NCBI GenBank assembly: GCA_045863395.1
Contig: BTVJ01000016.1
Coordinates: 1-64,000 of the forward strand
Direction: 5' to 3'
Length of the DNA: 64,000 bases
DNA from: Myxococcales bacterium
GTDB lineage: Bacteria > Myxococcota_A > UBA9042 > JABWCM01 > BTVJ01
A program made the position numbers and the translations under genes. Positions within the stretch are counted from its first letter, which is position 1. Each line of letters begins with the position of its first letter. The notes beneath the pieces were generated by a model that did not search any database, had not been told where the DNA came from, and saw only the letters and a list, made by a program, of their open reading frames with translations. Below, one piece after another: positions 10,101 to 19,163 of this stretch.

Positions 10101-11099
10101 ATCACCTCGGCGAACCCAGGCGCAGTCAGCGTCCCCGGAGGGAAGGTCACCATCCCCGCAGGCGCTTCGTCCGTCGAGGTGCCAATCGTCGCCGCGGTGG
10201 CGGGGGCACCCGTGACGCTGACCGCGACGCTCGGGCTGAACCAGGCGACGGCCCAGGTGAAGGTGTACGCGCCGGGCGAGGTGCCCGCGGTGACCAGCCT
10301 GACGCCCGCGGCTGCGACGACGCTCCTCGGCCAGGTGGCCTCGTTCACCGTCGGGCTCGCGTGGCCGGCCCCACCGGGCGGAGCGGTGGTGGACCTGGAG
10401 CTCGACCCGCCCGGGGCCGCTTCGGCGCCCGACCAGATCGTCATCCCCGCGGGCGAGCTCTCGGCGTCCTTCGACGTGCTCGGGGTCGCGGCGGGCGTGG
10501 TCGGCCTGAGCGCAACCGGTGGAGGCTCCACGAAGGCCGCGACCCTGGAGGTCGTGGAGACCCCGCCGCTCGGCCTGATCCTCATGGAGGTCTACTACGA
10601 CCACCCGAGCGACGACGTCGGCTTCGAGTGGGTCAAGCTCTACAACGGCACCACGACGACGGTGGACCTCTCGGGCTGGTCCATCGGGACGGGCGGCTCC
10701 GACTACCTCTACAAGACCGTGCAGCTCCAAGGGTCGGTCCCTCCGGGCGCCTGCTTCATCGTGGGTGGGCCGTCCTCCGTGGACGCGAACGGCTCCCCGG
10801 TGTATGGCCAGTCCGTCAGCTTCGGCGGCAACATCCAGAACGGCGGCCCGGCGGCAGACGGCCTCGCGCTGTTCGATGTGAAGGCCTCCGCCCTCGCCAA
10901 GACGACGGTCCCCAGGGACGCCGTCCTCTGGGGCGCACCAGGCAGCAACTCGTCGAATCTGCTGGGGCCCGACGGCCTGCCGTCCGTCGTCCATGTCAAG
11001 GACGTGTCGGCGGGGCAGAGCGTCGTCCGGACGGGCGCCGGCACCTGGGACGTGTCCACCAAGCCCAACACGGTCCCCTGCGGCCCGCCCACCGAGTGA
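7110..11099 (+). CDS. Lipoprotein amidohydrolase (deaminase-like) with TSP3 repeats, OB-fold, Ig-like and lamin-tail domains
   Basis: Lipobox TTGC; Asp/Gly linker; PGLINAHDH, HVAEG, IHS, GTDW metal-binding motifs; DxDGDG..D.CD.CP repeats; GDRVDVTGAVSDYYGQLQL OB-fold; LMEVYYD..EWVKLYNG...VDLSGWSI LTD. Confidence 0.85.
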   Translation: MRSTDLRRFTLAVLAAAIFATTGCRDDAGDGGTLINDAGDDGTAADVSDAGGGDGGVPDGAAGGDGGSDAADTTGGGDGGPGDTQGTDGDAADPGDTQETDGDATDPGDTSAGDTGLSDADPGDADPGDAHLSDADPGDTATPADTADPGDTSTPADTTDAGGDTTEPPVGEVVDCENPPLVPVPAGQTCAATTGSDVILLQGRILGPSKVLLSGQVLIQDGAIQCVGCDCDVWPEAKSATLVHCPNGVVSPGLINAHDHITFTMSPPVGHGDERYEHRHDWRKGQNGHTKLSVSQNSYSKGESWGELRMLLSGVTSINSSGGEEGFLRNLDKSYLLEGLPGKKGATYDTFPLGDSSGYTAAAGCGGYSIDPATSIAGDQAYCPHVAEGINEFAHNEFLCLSGTGSGSQNYLMSNVAFIHSIGVTAIDIGLMALQSTSLIWSPRSNIDLYGHTAAVTIYRALGVVIALGTDWSASGSMNMLRELQCADSLNSDLYGGAFSDQELVQMATINGAVVLGVDDVLGSLAPGKVADIAVFRAAPGATWRGVLDAEVQDTALVLRGGLVQLGDADLVGKLPKGGPSDCEPLDVCGVPKKVCTPREIGMTLAQLQSAIMASYSKTYPLFFCGAPQNEPSCTPFRKGEFDGKPKAGDMDGDGIADAADNCPDVFNPPRPMDKGKQPDADGDKQGDACDPCPFDANSTACTSVDPNDVDSDGVPNATDNCKSAANPDQKDADQDGKGDACDPCPAFPNPGASGCPTSIYAIKKGVAGPGDSVIVQDAVVTAVGTQGFVMQARPDTGAWEGPKFSGLYVYTKGAIAVAQGDRVDVTGAVSDYYGQLQLINASVKVLPGKGVLPDPADVANPALLATTSEEADAWESVLVRVGPVTVTSVAPDPAGEKGDINEFVVTGELRVDDFFHLITPFPTVGETFEGLTGVMRWSFKNMKLEPRDALDVQKGPPALLGFAPPLVAIKAGTAGTTTPPLTVKLTGPAKAPTDIAITSANPGAVSVPGGKVTIPAGASSVEVPIVAAVAGAPVTLTATLGLNQATAQVKVYAPGEVPAVTSLTPAAATTLLGQVASFTVGLAWPAPPGGAVVDLELDPPGAASAPDQIVIPAGELSASFDVLGVAAGVVGLSATGGGSTKAATLEVVETPPLGLILMEVYYDHPSDDVGFEWVKLYNGTTTTVDLSGWSIGTGGSDYLYKTVQLQGSVPPGACFIVGGPSSVDANGSPVYGQSVSFGGNIQNGGPAADGLALFDVKASALAKTTVPRDAVLWGAPGSNSSNLLGPDGLPSVVHVKDVSAGQSVVRTGAGTWDVSTKPNTVPCGPPTE
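7350..7590 (+). repeat. Coding tandem repeats (39-bp PGDTQxTDGDAxD units and 15-bp ADPGD units) in the acidic linker
   Basis: ggggacac.cagg.gaccgacggcgacgcg.ccgatcc occurs twice; gcggacccgggcgac repeated. Confidence 0.8.
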
Positions 11100-11272
11100 C
11101 CAGGCAGCGCGCGTCGCGACCGCCAGGGTTGCAGAGCGCCGCTGACGTCCCAGAATCAAACCGCGCTCGTTTGCTCGCGTTTCTTCCTTGCCCCTATAGA
11201 ATGAACGCACGATTGCCGTAGAGCTGCGGGCCCCATGCACGCGCATGTGGTGCTTCGCGTCAGGTGAGGGAC

Positions 11273-14200
11273 ATGAGCCGCGGTCAGATGAGCAGCAACC
11301 AGGGCAAGGCGGGCAAAGACGCTCCGGAGCGCTTCGACGGGCGCTTCCTGTTGGAGCGTACGCTGGGGCGGGGCGCCTCCAGCGCGGTCTACGCGGCCAT
11401 CGACGAGGTGAGCGGGGAGCGCGTGGCCGTCAAGCGCCTGTTCGGCCACGTGGACCACGGCATCCTGCGCCGGGAGTGCGCCAACCTCCGGGCCGTGGAG
11501 CACCCGCGGGTCGTCCGGCTGCGCGAGCTGGGCCGCACCTCCGGCGGCGAGTCCTACCTGGTCATGGACCTGGTCGAGGGCAAGCCGCTCACCGAGGCCC
11601 TGGAGGGCACCGACGAGCAGACGGTCGTGCGCGTGTTCCTGTCGCTGCTGGAGGCGCTGGACGCCGTCCACGCCACGGGGCTCGTCCACGGCGACCTCAA
11701 GCCCGAGAACGTCATGGTGGTGTCGTCCGGGGCGGGACTCGTGGCGCACGTCCTCGACCTGGGGCTCGCGGCGGCTTCGGGTGGGAGCGACCTGCGCGGC
11801 TCGCCCCCCTACATGGCGCCCGAGATCATCCGCCGCGAGCCGGTGGAGGCTGCCGCCGACCTCTACTCCGTCGGGTGTATGCTCTACGAGGTGCTGAGCG
11901 GCATCGTGCCGTTCACCGGCGACACCGCCCACGCCATCATGAACGCGCACCTGCGGCAGCCCGTGCCGCCCATCATCCCACAGCGGGGCGCCGTCCACCC
12001 GGAGCTTGTCGAGGTGACCCGGCGGCTGCTCGCCAAGGACCCCGAGCAGCGCTTCCCGAGCGCCGGCGCCGTGATGATGGCCCTCGCCGACATCGCCGGT
12101 GGCGCCGCGGCCCTGGTCGAGTCCCTGGGCCCCCTGCCCTTCGTGGCGCGGCCCTCCGTGCAGCGCGCCGTGCTGGACCGGGTCGCCGACGCCGCCGCCG
12201 GCCAGGGCGGCGCCGTGCTCCTCGAGGGCGCGAGCGGCGCCGGCAAGACGCGCCTCGTCGACGAGCTGCGCCACGAGCTGCGGCTGGAGGGGCACGCCGC
12301 CCCGCTGGTGGTCGTCCGCGCGCAGGACCCCCGCCCCCTCGGCTTCCTGCACGACCTGGCCGAGCACCTCTACCGCGAGAGCACGGCCGCGGGCATGCCC
12401 GTGCCGCGGGCGCTGATGGCGCTGCTCCGCGAGGGAGGCGACGGGGCCACCGTCGAGGGGACCCAGGCGGAGTGGCTCCAGCGGGTGGGCGAGTCCGCCG
12501 TGCGGCTCCTGACGCGGGCCTGCGCGGGTCGGCCCGTGGTGATCTTCATCGATGGGGCCGAGGACATCCCGGCGGAGCTGATCGGCCCGCTCCGAGCCGT
12601 GGCTGTGTCTTCGCGATCCCTGCGGGCGCTCCTGGTCGTGGTGACCCGCCCCGAGAGCGCCGTGGGGCGCATGGTCCGCGAGCTGCCCGAGGAGGTCGCC
12701 ACGACGGAGACCGTCGCCCCCCTGGCGGACTCCGAGGCGCTTGCGCTCGTGGAGCGGGTGCTGGGCCCCCGGGGAGAGCGGCGCCTCGCGGAGCGCATCG
12801 TGGAGGACTCGCAGGGCCTGCCACGTGCCCTGGAGGGCCGCCTGCGGGGCCTCGTGGAGCGCCGCGTGCTCGTCCGCGCCCCCGGCGGGTGGGCCCTCGC
12901 CGCGACCGCCCCCCCGGTGGAGGCCCTCGAGCTCCCGCGGGTCGACGACCTGGACGCCATGACAGCGGAGCGGCTCGGCCGGCTGGACCCAGGCGACCTG
13001 GACGTGCTGGCGGCCACGGCGCTGCTCGGCCACGCACCCGCGGTCCACGCCGTCTCCCGGCTCCTGCGGGCAGGGCGCGAGGGGGTCCGTGAGGCGGCGG
13101 CGCGCCTGGTCGATCGGGGCCTGGCGTCGGTGGACGCCGCGCGTGACACGCTCTCGCTGCCGGCCCACGTGGCCCGCGTCGCGCTCCTGGCAGCGGACCC
13201 CACCCGCCTGCGCCGGTGGCAGCAGGACCTCGCGGCGGGACTCAAGACCCAGCGCGAGCGAGGAGGCGCGACCGCCGCCACCCTGGAGCAGGAGACCCGC
13301 CTGTGGCTGGCCTGCGGGAATGAGGGCGCGGCGCTGGCGCTGGCCCGGGAGGCGGCCCGCGCCCTGGCGAAGGAGCGCGCACCCGGTCGCGCCCTGGCCC
13401 TGCTCGACGAGCTGGCCCCGCTGGCACAGCGGGACGCTGCCTGGGACCTGCTGGTGGCTGGCCTGTGCGCCGACACGGGTGACCTGGAGCGCGCAACGAC
13501 GCTCTACGAGGCCCTGACGGCAGGTGACACGACCCCGGACGTCCTGCGGCGGTATGGCGAAGTCCTGGGCCAGAAGGGAGAGCTTCTCGCCGCGGAGGAG
13601 CCGCTGTCACGCGCGGCTGCGTCGGCGCAGTCGCTCACGCCCGATGCCGCCTTCGAGCTCTGGAACGCGGTTGCCTGGAACCGCATGATGCGCGGCGCCT
13701 TCGCCCCGGCGCTCGCAGAGGCGGAGCGGGCGCTGGGTGCCGCCCACGAGGCGCAGCAGCCCGCGCTCGTCGTGCGGGGCCTGCGCCTCGTGGCGAACAT
13801 CCACTGGCAGAAGGGGGACTGGGCGGCCGCCGAGGCTCCGGCAAGAGAAGCCGCCGAGCGCGCGGAGGCCGCGGGCGACCAGCGGGGGCTCGCGGAGGCG
13901 ACGCTCGTGCTCGCGACCTGCGCCCGGTTCCAGGGGCGCCAGGACGAGGCACGCGCCGGGTACGAGGCGGCGCGGCTGCGCTTCGAGGAGCTGGGCCTCG
14001 CCACCCGCGCGGGCAAGTGCTTCAACAACCTGGGCGTGGTCGCCTACGTGTCGGGCAACTGGCGCGAGGCCACCCGGCACTGGGAGGGAGCGCTGCAGGT
14101 CTGCGAGCGCACGGGGGACCAGCAGGAGCAGGTGGCCCTGGCGAACAACCTGGGCGTGCTCTACCGGGATCAGGGCGATCTGCAGCGCTCTGCCGCGTCG

Positions 14201-16054
14201 TTCAAGCGCGCGCTGGCCGTAGCAGAGCGTGTCGGCCTGGAGCGCATGGTCGCAGCGATCCTGGGCAACCTGGGCGAGACCCACCTGCGTGCGGGGCGGC
14301 TGACCGAGGCGGTGCGGACGCTGGACCGGGCGGTCACCCTGGCCCGGAAGCTCGGCGCCCGTGACGAGGTGGCGGAGTGTACGCGGCGCCTCGCCGAGGC
14401 CGAGCTCCGCAGCGGGGGCTTCGACGATGCCGAGCGCATGGCCCGCGAGGCGGCGACCACCTGCGAGGCGCTGGGCGCCCTGGCGGAGAAGGCCGGCGCG
14501 TGCCTCATCGTGGCGGCCGCTCGCCGCTCTCGCGGTGAGCTGGACGCGGCGCGGGAGTCCTGCGAGGAGGCCGCCAAGGCCGCGGACGACGCGGGCGACC
14601 CCTTCGTGCGGGCCCACGTCCACCTGGAGCGGGCCCACCTGGCCATCGCGGAGGACCGCCCTTCCATCGCGGCGCAGGAGCTGGACAAGGGCGAGGAGAC
14701 CTACAAGAAGCTCGGCGCCCGCTGGCACCTGGACCAGGTGAGCGCGCTGCGGCTGCGCTCCCGGCGCCCGACGACGGTGGACGACGGCTCCCTGGACGGC
14801 GCGGCGGCCCGCATCGTCGCGCTGGGCTCCAAGCTGGCGACCATCGAGGACATGGACACCCTGCTCCGCGCGGTCCTGGACGAGATGCTCGACGTGACGG
14901 CGGCGGAGCGGGGCTTCGTGATCCTGGTGGACGAGGATCTGCGGCCCGTCCGCAAGTGCGTGGAGGACCGTACCGACCAGCGGAGCACCTCGGACGACGC
15001 GAGGTGCAGCCGCACCGCCACGGACGAGGCACTCCAGTCGGGGCGCCCGGTCGTGCTCACCAACATCGACCTCGACGACCGCTACAACAAGCAGCAGAGC
15101 ATCCTGGCGCTGGACCTGCGCTCGATCACCTGCCTCCCGTTGAAGCTGCACGGCAAGGTGCTCGGCGTGCTCTACGTGGACAGCCGCATGGCGGGCGACC
15201 AGTCCAAGGTCGCATCGCTGGCGGTGCTGGAGGCGATGGCGTCGCAGGCGTCCATCGCGGTCGAGAACATGCTCCTGGTCGAGCGGGAGCGGGAGCGCAT
15301 GGACCTGGTCGGCACCATCGCCCACGAGCTGCGGAGCCCGCTCATGGGCATCGTCGGCTACCTGGGAATGCTCCAGCTCGAGGACAACCTGAGCGACGAG
15401 GCGCGCTCTTCGGTGGACTTCGTGGTGTCCCAGGCGGAGCGCCTCGGCCGCACGGTCACCAACGTCATGGACCTGGTGCGGATGGACCGCAACACCACGT
15501 CGTGGAGCCTGACGCCCCTCGACCCGGGCATCCTCATCGAGAGCGCCGTCCGGTCGCTCCAGCCCATGGCGACCATGAAGGGCCAGACCCTGACCTGGGA
15601 GGTCAACGACCGGATCATGGACGTGATCGGCTCCTCGGACCGCATCGCGCAGGTCCTGACCAACCTGATCACCAACGCCCTCAAGTTCACCCCCGAGGGC
15701 GGCGTGGTCACGGTCCGCGCCTCCGTGGTCGACGCCCGCCCCGACCGCTCCAGCACTGGCTTCGAGCTGGGCCCGCGGGTCGTCGGCCACGGCCACACGC
15801 AGTCGTCCACGGGCTTCGCGGTGCGCTTCGACGTCTCCGACACGGGCCCGGGTATCTCCGAGGAGGACCAGGCCCGCATCTTCCAGCGCTTCTCCCAGGC
15901 GTCACGGGGCAAGGCCGGGCGCGCGGGTCTGGGGCTCGGGCTCAGCATCGCGCGGGAGATCGTCCACCGCCACAGCGGCTCCATCTGGATCGAGAGCGAG
16001 GTGGGGGCGGGCAGCACGTTCAGCTTCACGGTCCCCGCGGTCGAGAGGGTGTAG
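11273..16054 (+). CDS. Ser/Thr kinase - P-loop ATPase - TPR - GAF - histidine kinase hybrid
   Basis: LGRGASSAVY, VAVK, HGDLKPEN, DLG, YMAPE; Walker A GASGAGKT; NNLG TPRs; GAF; AHELRSPL H-box; NLITNALKF, DTGPGI, GLGLGL boxes. Confidence 0.93.
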   Translation: MSRGQMSSNQGKAGKDAPERFDGRFLLERTLGRGASSAVYAAIDEVSGERVAVKRLFGHVDHGILRRECANLRAVEHPRVVRLRELGRTSGGESYLVMDLVEGKPLTEALEGTDEQTVVRVFLSLLEALDAVHATGLVHGDLKPENVMVVSSGAGLVAHVLDLGLAAASGGSDLRGSPPYMAPEIIRREPVEAAADLYSVGCMLYEVLSGIVPFTGDTAHAIMNAHLRQPVPPIIPQRGAVHPELVEVTRRLLAKDPEQRFPSAGAVMMALADIAGGAAALVESLGPLPFVARPSVQRAVLDRVADAAAGQGGAVLLEGASGAGKTRLVDELRHELRLEGHAAPLVVVRAQDPRPLGFLHDLAEHLYRESTAAGMPVPRALMALLREGGDGATVEGTQAEWLQRVGESAVRLLTRACAGRPVVIFIDGAEDIPAELIGPLRAVAVSSRSLRALLVVVTRPESAVGRMVRELPEEVATTETVAPLADSEALALVERVLGPRGERRLAERIVEDSQGLPRALEGRLRGLVERRVLVRAPGGWALAATAPPVEALELPRVDDLDAMTAERLGRLDPGDLDVLAATALLGHAPAVHAVSRLLRAGREGVREAAARLVDRGLASVDAARDTLSLPAHVARVALLAADPTRLRRWQQDLAAGLKTQRERGGATAATLEQETRLWLACGNEGAALALAREAARALAKERAPGRALALLDELAPLAQRDAAWDLLVAGLCADTGDLERATTLYEALTAGDTTPDVLRRYGEVLGQKGELLAAEEPLSRAAASAQSLTPDAAFELWNAVAWNRMMRGAFAPALAEAERALGAAHEAQQPALVVRGLRLVANIHWQKGDWAAAEAPAREAAERAEAAGDQRGLAEATLVLATCARFQGRQDEARAGYEAARLRFEELGLATRAGKCFNNLGVVAYVSGNWREATRHWEGALQVCERTGDQQEQVALANNLGVLYRDQGDLQRSAASFKRALAVAERVGLERMVAAILGNLGETHLRAGRLTEAVRTLDRAVTLARKLGARDEVAECTRRLAEAELRSGGFDDAERMAREAATTCEALGALAEKAGACLIVAAARRSRGELDAARESCEEAAKAADDAGDPFVRAHVHLERAHLAIAEDRPSIAAQELDKGEETYKKLGARWHLDQVSALRLRSRRPTTVDDGSLDGAAARIVALGSKLATIEDMDTLLRAVLDEMLDVTAAERGFVILVDEDLRPVRKCVEDRTDQRSTSDDARCSRTATDEALQSGRPVVLTNIDLDDRYNKQQSILALDLRSITCLPLKLHGKVLGVLYVDSRMAGDQSKVASLAVLEAMASQASIAVENMLLVERERERMDLVGTIAHELRSPLMGIVGYLGMLQLEDNLSDEARSSVDFVVSQAERLGRTVTNVMDLVRMDRNTTSWSLTPLDPGILIESAVRSLQPMATMKGQTLTWEVNDRIMDVIGSSDRIAQVLTNLITNALKFTPEGGVVTVRASVVDARPDRSSTGFELGPRVVGHGHTQSSTGFAVRFDVSDTGPGISEEDQARIFQRFSQASRGKAGRAGLGLGLSIAREIVHRHSGSIWIESEVGAGSTFSFTVPAVERV

Positions 16055-16108
16055 GGGCGGTCGGCCCCTCGCAAGACCGACTCCGGCGCGCGGCCGAGTA
16101 CGACCCTG

Positions 16109-17008
16109 CTACTCGTGGGCCGCGGCCAGCTCCCGCAGGGGGACCACGTCGAAGTCCCGGGCGATGGGCCCGAGGATGCTCCGCAGCAGGTCGGCCTTCG
16201 CCGCGACGGGGCGGTCCATGCCCGGGTGGCAGGCCATGCGCGGGTCCACCCCGTCCTCCTTCAGGTCCAGCAGATCCGCCGCGTGGAGCTCGTAGGACAG
16301 GGGCAGGCCCGAACGTCGGAGCGACGCGTACTCCGCGTCCATGACGCGCCGAGGCACGAAGTACGCGAACGTGTGGTAGTACGGCAGGCGGAGCCACGGA
16401 GTGACGGCGATGGGCAGCTCCATCAGGGGGCCGTCCGGCGTCGTGACCTTGTGGGGCCGCAGGGGAGCGAGCGCGTGGCCGACCACCTGCATTCCGAGCA
16501 CGGAGCCCTTGCCGGCGCCCTTGAGCCAGGCGACGAGGCGGCTCGCCGCGAGGACTGGGGTGGGGAAGATCGACGCGTCGTAGCGGTAGCCTGCGCGCGC
16601 CAGCCCAGCCAGCACCCGGTCGTCCACGTCCCAGGCGGGGGCGCGAAATCCTTGCACCTCGCCCCCGATGGCCTGCTCGAGCGCCGCGCGGGAGCCCTCC
16701 AGCTCCCACGTCAGCGCTGCGTCGTCCAGCGCTCGGAACGGCACCGCGTGGCTCCACGAGTGGCTGGCCACCTCGTGGCCCCGGGCGACCACCTCGCGGA
16801 GCAGCGGCGCCTCCCGGGCCGCGTCCCGGGCCACCACGAAGAGGGTGGCGCGCACGCCCAGCTCGTCGAGCAGGTCGAGGAGGCGCGGCACGGCCTTGCG
16901 GTAGACGAGGTCGCAGGGGTCCTTGTCCTCGAAGCCGTAGCCGGACAGGTGGGTGTCCACCGGGTCGATGTCGATGCTGATGCTGGCGAGCGCCCCCCCC
17001 GCGCTCAC
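16109..17008 (-). CDS. Polysaccharide deacetylase family protein (NodB-like)
   Basis: SIDID, ATLFVV, GHEVASHSWSH, GFRAPAW, YDAS; GTG start overlaps the upstream TGA (GTGA). Confidence 0.88.
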   Translation of the reverse strand: MSAGGALASISIDIDPVDTHLSGYGFEDKDPCDLVYRKAVPRLLDLLDELGVRATLFVVARDAAREAPLLREVVARGHEVASHSWSHAVPFRALDDAALTWELEGSRAALEQAIGGEVQGFRAPAWDVDDRVLAGLARAGYRYDASIFPTPVLAASRLVAWLKGAGKGSVLGMQVVGHALAPLRPHKVTTPDGPLMELPIAVTPWLRLPYYHTFAYFVPRRVMDAEYASLRRSGLPLSYELHAADLLDLKEDGVDPRMACHPGMDRPVAAKADLLRSILGPIARDFDVVPLRELAAAHE

Positions 17009-17961
17009 GACACGGCCTCCCAGGCGCCGTCGCTGCGGTAGGCGGCCTCGATGACCTGGAGCACCCGCGCGCCGTCCTCGTCGGCGGACGGCGCCGCGAG
17101 CGCCGCCTCGAAGGAGCGCAGGACCCCCTCGAAGCAGGCCGCCTTGTCGTAGCCCGAGGCGCCGTCCACCGTGAAGGGCTCCACCACGTCGCCCCGCTCG
17201 ATGTGCTGCCCCTTCCAGCCCAGCACCAGGGTGCCGTCCGTGCCGACCGCGCGCGTGATCGGGGCCGCGATGCCCTCGTTCCACGTCAGGACCACGTGGC
17301 CCGTCACCGACCCGCACCACAGCTCCAGGGTGATGGCGTCCTCCACGGCCGTGCCCTGGCGCCGCTCGGACGACAGGACCCGCACCGCCTCGGCGGGCCC
17401 CGCCAGCGCGGTCACCACGTTGATGGAGTGGGGCCCGTTGTCCATGAGCACGCCGCCGCCGGAGATGGACGGGTCGCCGTGCCAGTCCTTGGACGGGTCC
17501 AGCACGCCGGCGAAGGTGTTCTCCACCCGCAGGAGCGTGCCGATGGCCCCGTCGGCGATGAGCTGACGCGCGCGCTCGATGCTCGCCATCTGCAGGAACT
17601 TGGCCGCCGTCCGCAGCGCCAGGCCCCGCTCCCGCGCCCGGCCGATCAGCGCCCAGGCGTCCTTCGACGTGGCCGCCAGCGGCTTCTCGACGAGGACGTG
17701 GACGCCCGCGTCCAAGAGCGCGCCGACCACCGCGCGGTGAGTGGAGGGAGGCGTGCAGACCACGGCCGCCCTCGGCGTGAGGTCGTCCAGCAGGGCCTCG
17801 ACCGATGGCCACACGTGGTCGAACCCGGCCGCGTTGGCGGCGACGGGCTCGACTGCGGCCCCGAAGAGCGGCGGGGTCCACGCCTTGGCTGCGTCCAGGT
17901 GGGCGCGGGCGATGCGCCCGAGACCGACGAGCGCCCACGTCCCGTGCGTCAGATCAGACAT
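17005..17961 (-). CDS. Gfo/Idh/MocA family NAD(P)-dependent oxidoreductase
   Basis: VGLGRIARAH Rossmann, CTPPSTH, HVLVEKP, GGGVLMDNGPH. Confidence 0.9.
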   Translation of the reverse strand: MSDLTHGTWALVGLGRIARAHLDAAKAWTPPLFGAAVEPVAANAAGFDHVWPSVEALLDDLTPRAAVVCTPPSTHRAVVGALLDAGVHVLVEKPLAATSKDAWALIGRARERGLALRTAAKFLQMASIERARQLIADGAIGTLLRVENTFAGVLDPSKDWHGDPSISGGGVLMDNGPHSINVVTALAGPAEAVRVLSSERRQGTAVEDAITLELWCGSVTGHVVLTWNEGIAAPITRAVGTDGTLVLGWKGQHIERGDVVEPFTVDGASGYDKAACFEGVLRSFEAALAAPSADEDGARVLQVIEAAYRSDGAWEAVS

Positions 17962-19163
17962 TGCACGCTCTCCTTGATGCAGCCCGCGATGAAGTCCACG
18001 TGCTCCTCCGTGAAGAACTCGTTCCACGGCACGACCAGCACCTGCGCCAGGCCAGCGATGGCCCCCGGGCACTCCTCGTCGGTGTAGCCGAGCAGCGGCA
18101 AGCCCGCCCGGGACGGATCGGTGTACGGGAACTGGCTCTTGCCGTAGGTCTTGCGGTCCACGAAGACCTTGCACTTGTACGCCGGCTTCTGGATGTAGTT
18201 GGGCGCCACGAGCACGCCGCGGTCCTTGACCAGCTTGCCCAGCGCCGCCGCGCCGCCGGGCAGCACGTTGGCGTCGACCATCAGCGGGTACTTCCAATAC
18301 GAGTGGGTGTCGCCGGGGCGCGGCTCCGCCACCGTGAGGCCCGGAAGGGACCGGATGGCGTCGTTGAAGCGAGCTGCAGCCGCCTGGCGCCGCGCCACCA
18401 CGGACTTGACGCGCCGGAGCTGGGCCCGCCCCACCGCGCCGACCAGCTCGGGCATGCGGTAGTTGATGCCCAGGTAGAGGTGGTCCATCAGCTCCTCGCC
18501 GTAGGGCCACGACTTGTCCCGGAACAGGCGCGAGAAGCGCCCCAGGGTCGGGTTGTTCGTGACCACCATGCCGCCCTCGCCGGTGGTCATGTGCTTGGTC
18601 TGCTGGAAGCTGAAGCAGCCGATGTCCCCGATGGTGCCGCAGAGGCGCCCCTTGTACCAGGTCTCGTAGGCTTGCGCCGAGTCCTCGATGACCGGGATGC
18701 CCCGCTCCCGCGCCACCGCCATGATGCCGTCCATGTCCGCCGCCGCCCCGAAGAGGTGCGTCACGATGATGGCCTTGGTGCGGCTCGTGATGCGCGCGGC
18801 GATGGAGTCGGGCGTCACGTTGAGGGTCATCGGGTCCACGTCCGCGAAGACGGGGATGGCGTTCTGCATGAGGATGGGCGTCAGCGCGCCCATGTCGGTG
18901 ATCGGCGTCGTGATGATCTCGTCGCCGGGCTCCGGGTCGACGGCGGCGACGGCCACATGGACGGCGGCGGTGCCCGACGTCACGCCGTAGGCCTCGGCGA
19001 CGCCGAAGTGGGCGGCGAACTCCCGCTCCAGGGCCTTGACCTGGGTGCCCCGCGGGGCGAAGAGGTTGCCCGAGTCCAGGGCCTCTCGCAGGAACTTGAG
19101 CTCGTCCTCACCGAACTCGCGTCCGGAGCTGTTGGCGTCGGAGGGCAGGATGGGGTGCGTCAT
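17949..19163 (-). CDS. DegT/DnrJ/EryC1/StrS PLP-dependent sugar aminotransferase
   Basis: SGTAAVH, PGDEII, IEDSAQA, FSFQQTKHMTTGEGG (PLP lysine), GINYRM. Confidence 0.93.
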   Translation of the reverse strand: MTHPILPSDANSSGREFGEDELKFLREALDSGNLFAPRGTQVKALEREFAAHFGVAEAYGVTSGTAAVHVAVAAVDPEPGDEIITTPITDMGALTPILMQNAIPVFADVDPMTLNVTPDSIAARITSRTKAIIVTHLFGAAADMDGIMAVARERGIPVIEDSAQAYETWYKGRLCGTIGDIGCFSFQQTKHMTTGEGGMVVTNNPTLGRFSRLFRDKSWPYGEELMDHLYLGINYRMPELVGAVGRAQLRRVKSVVARRQAAAARFNDAIRSLPGLTVAEPRPGDTHSYWKYPLMVDANVLPGGAAALGKLVKDRGVLVAPNYIQKPAYKCKVFVDRKTYGKSQFPYTDPSRAGLPLLGYTDEECPGAIAGLAQVLVVPWNEFFTEEHVDFIAGCIKESVQCLI

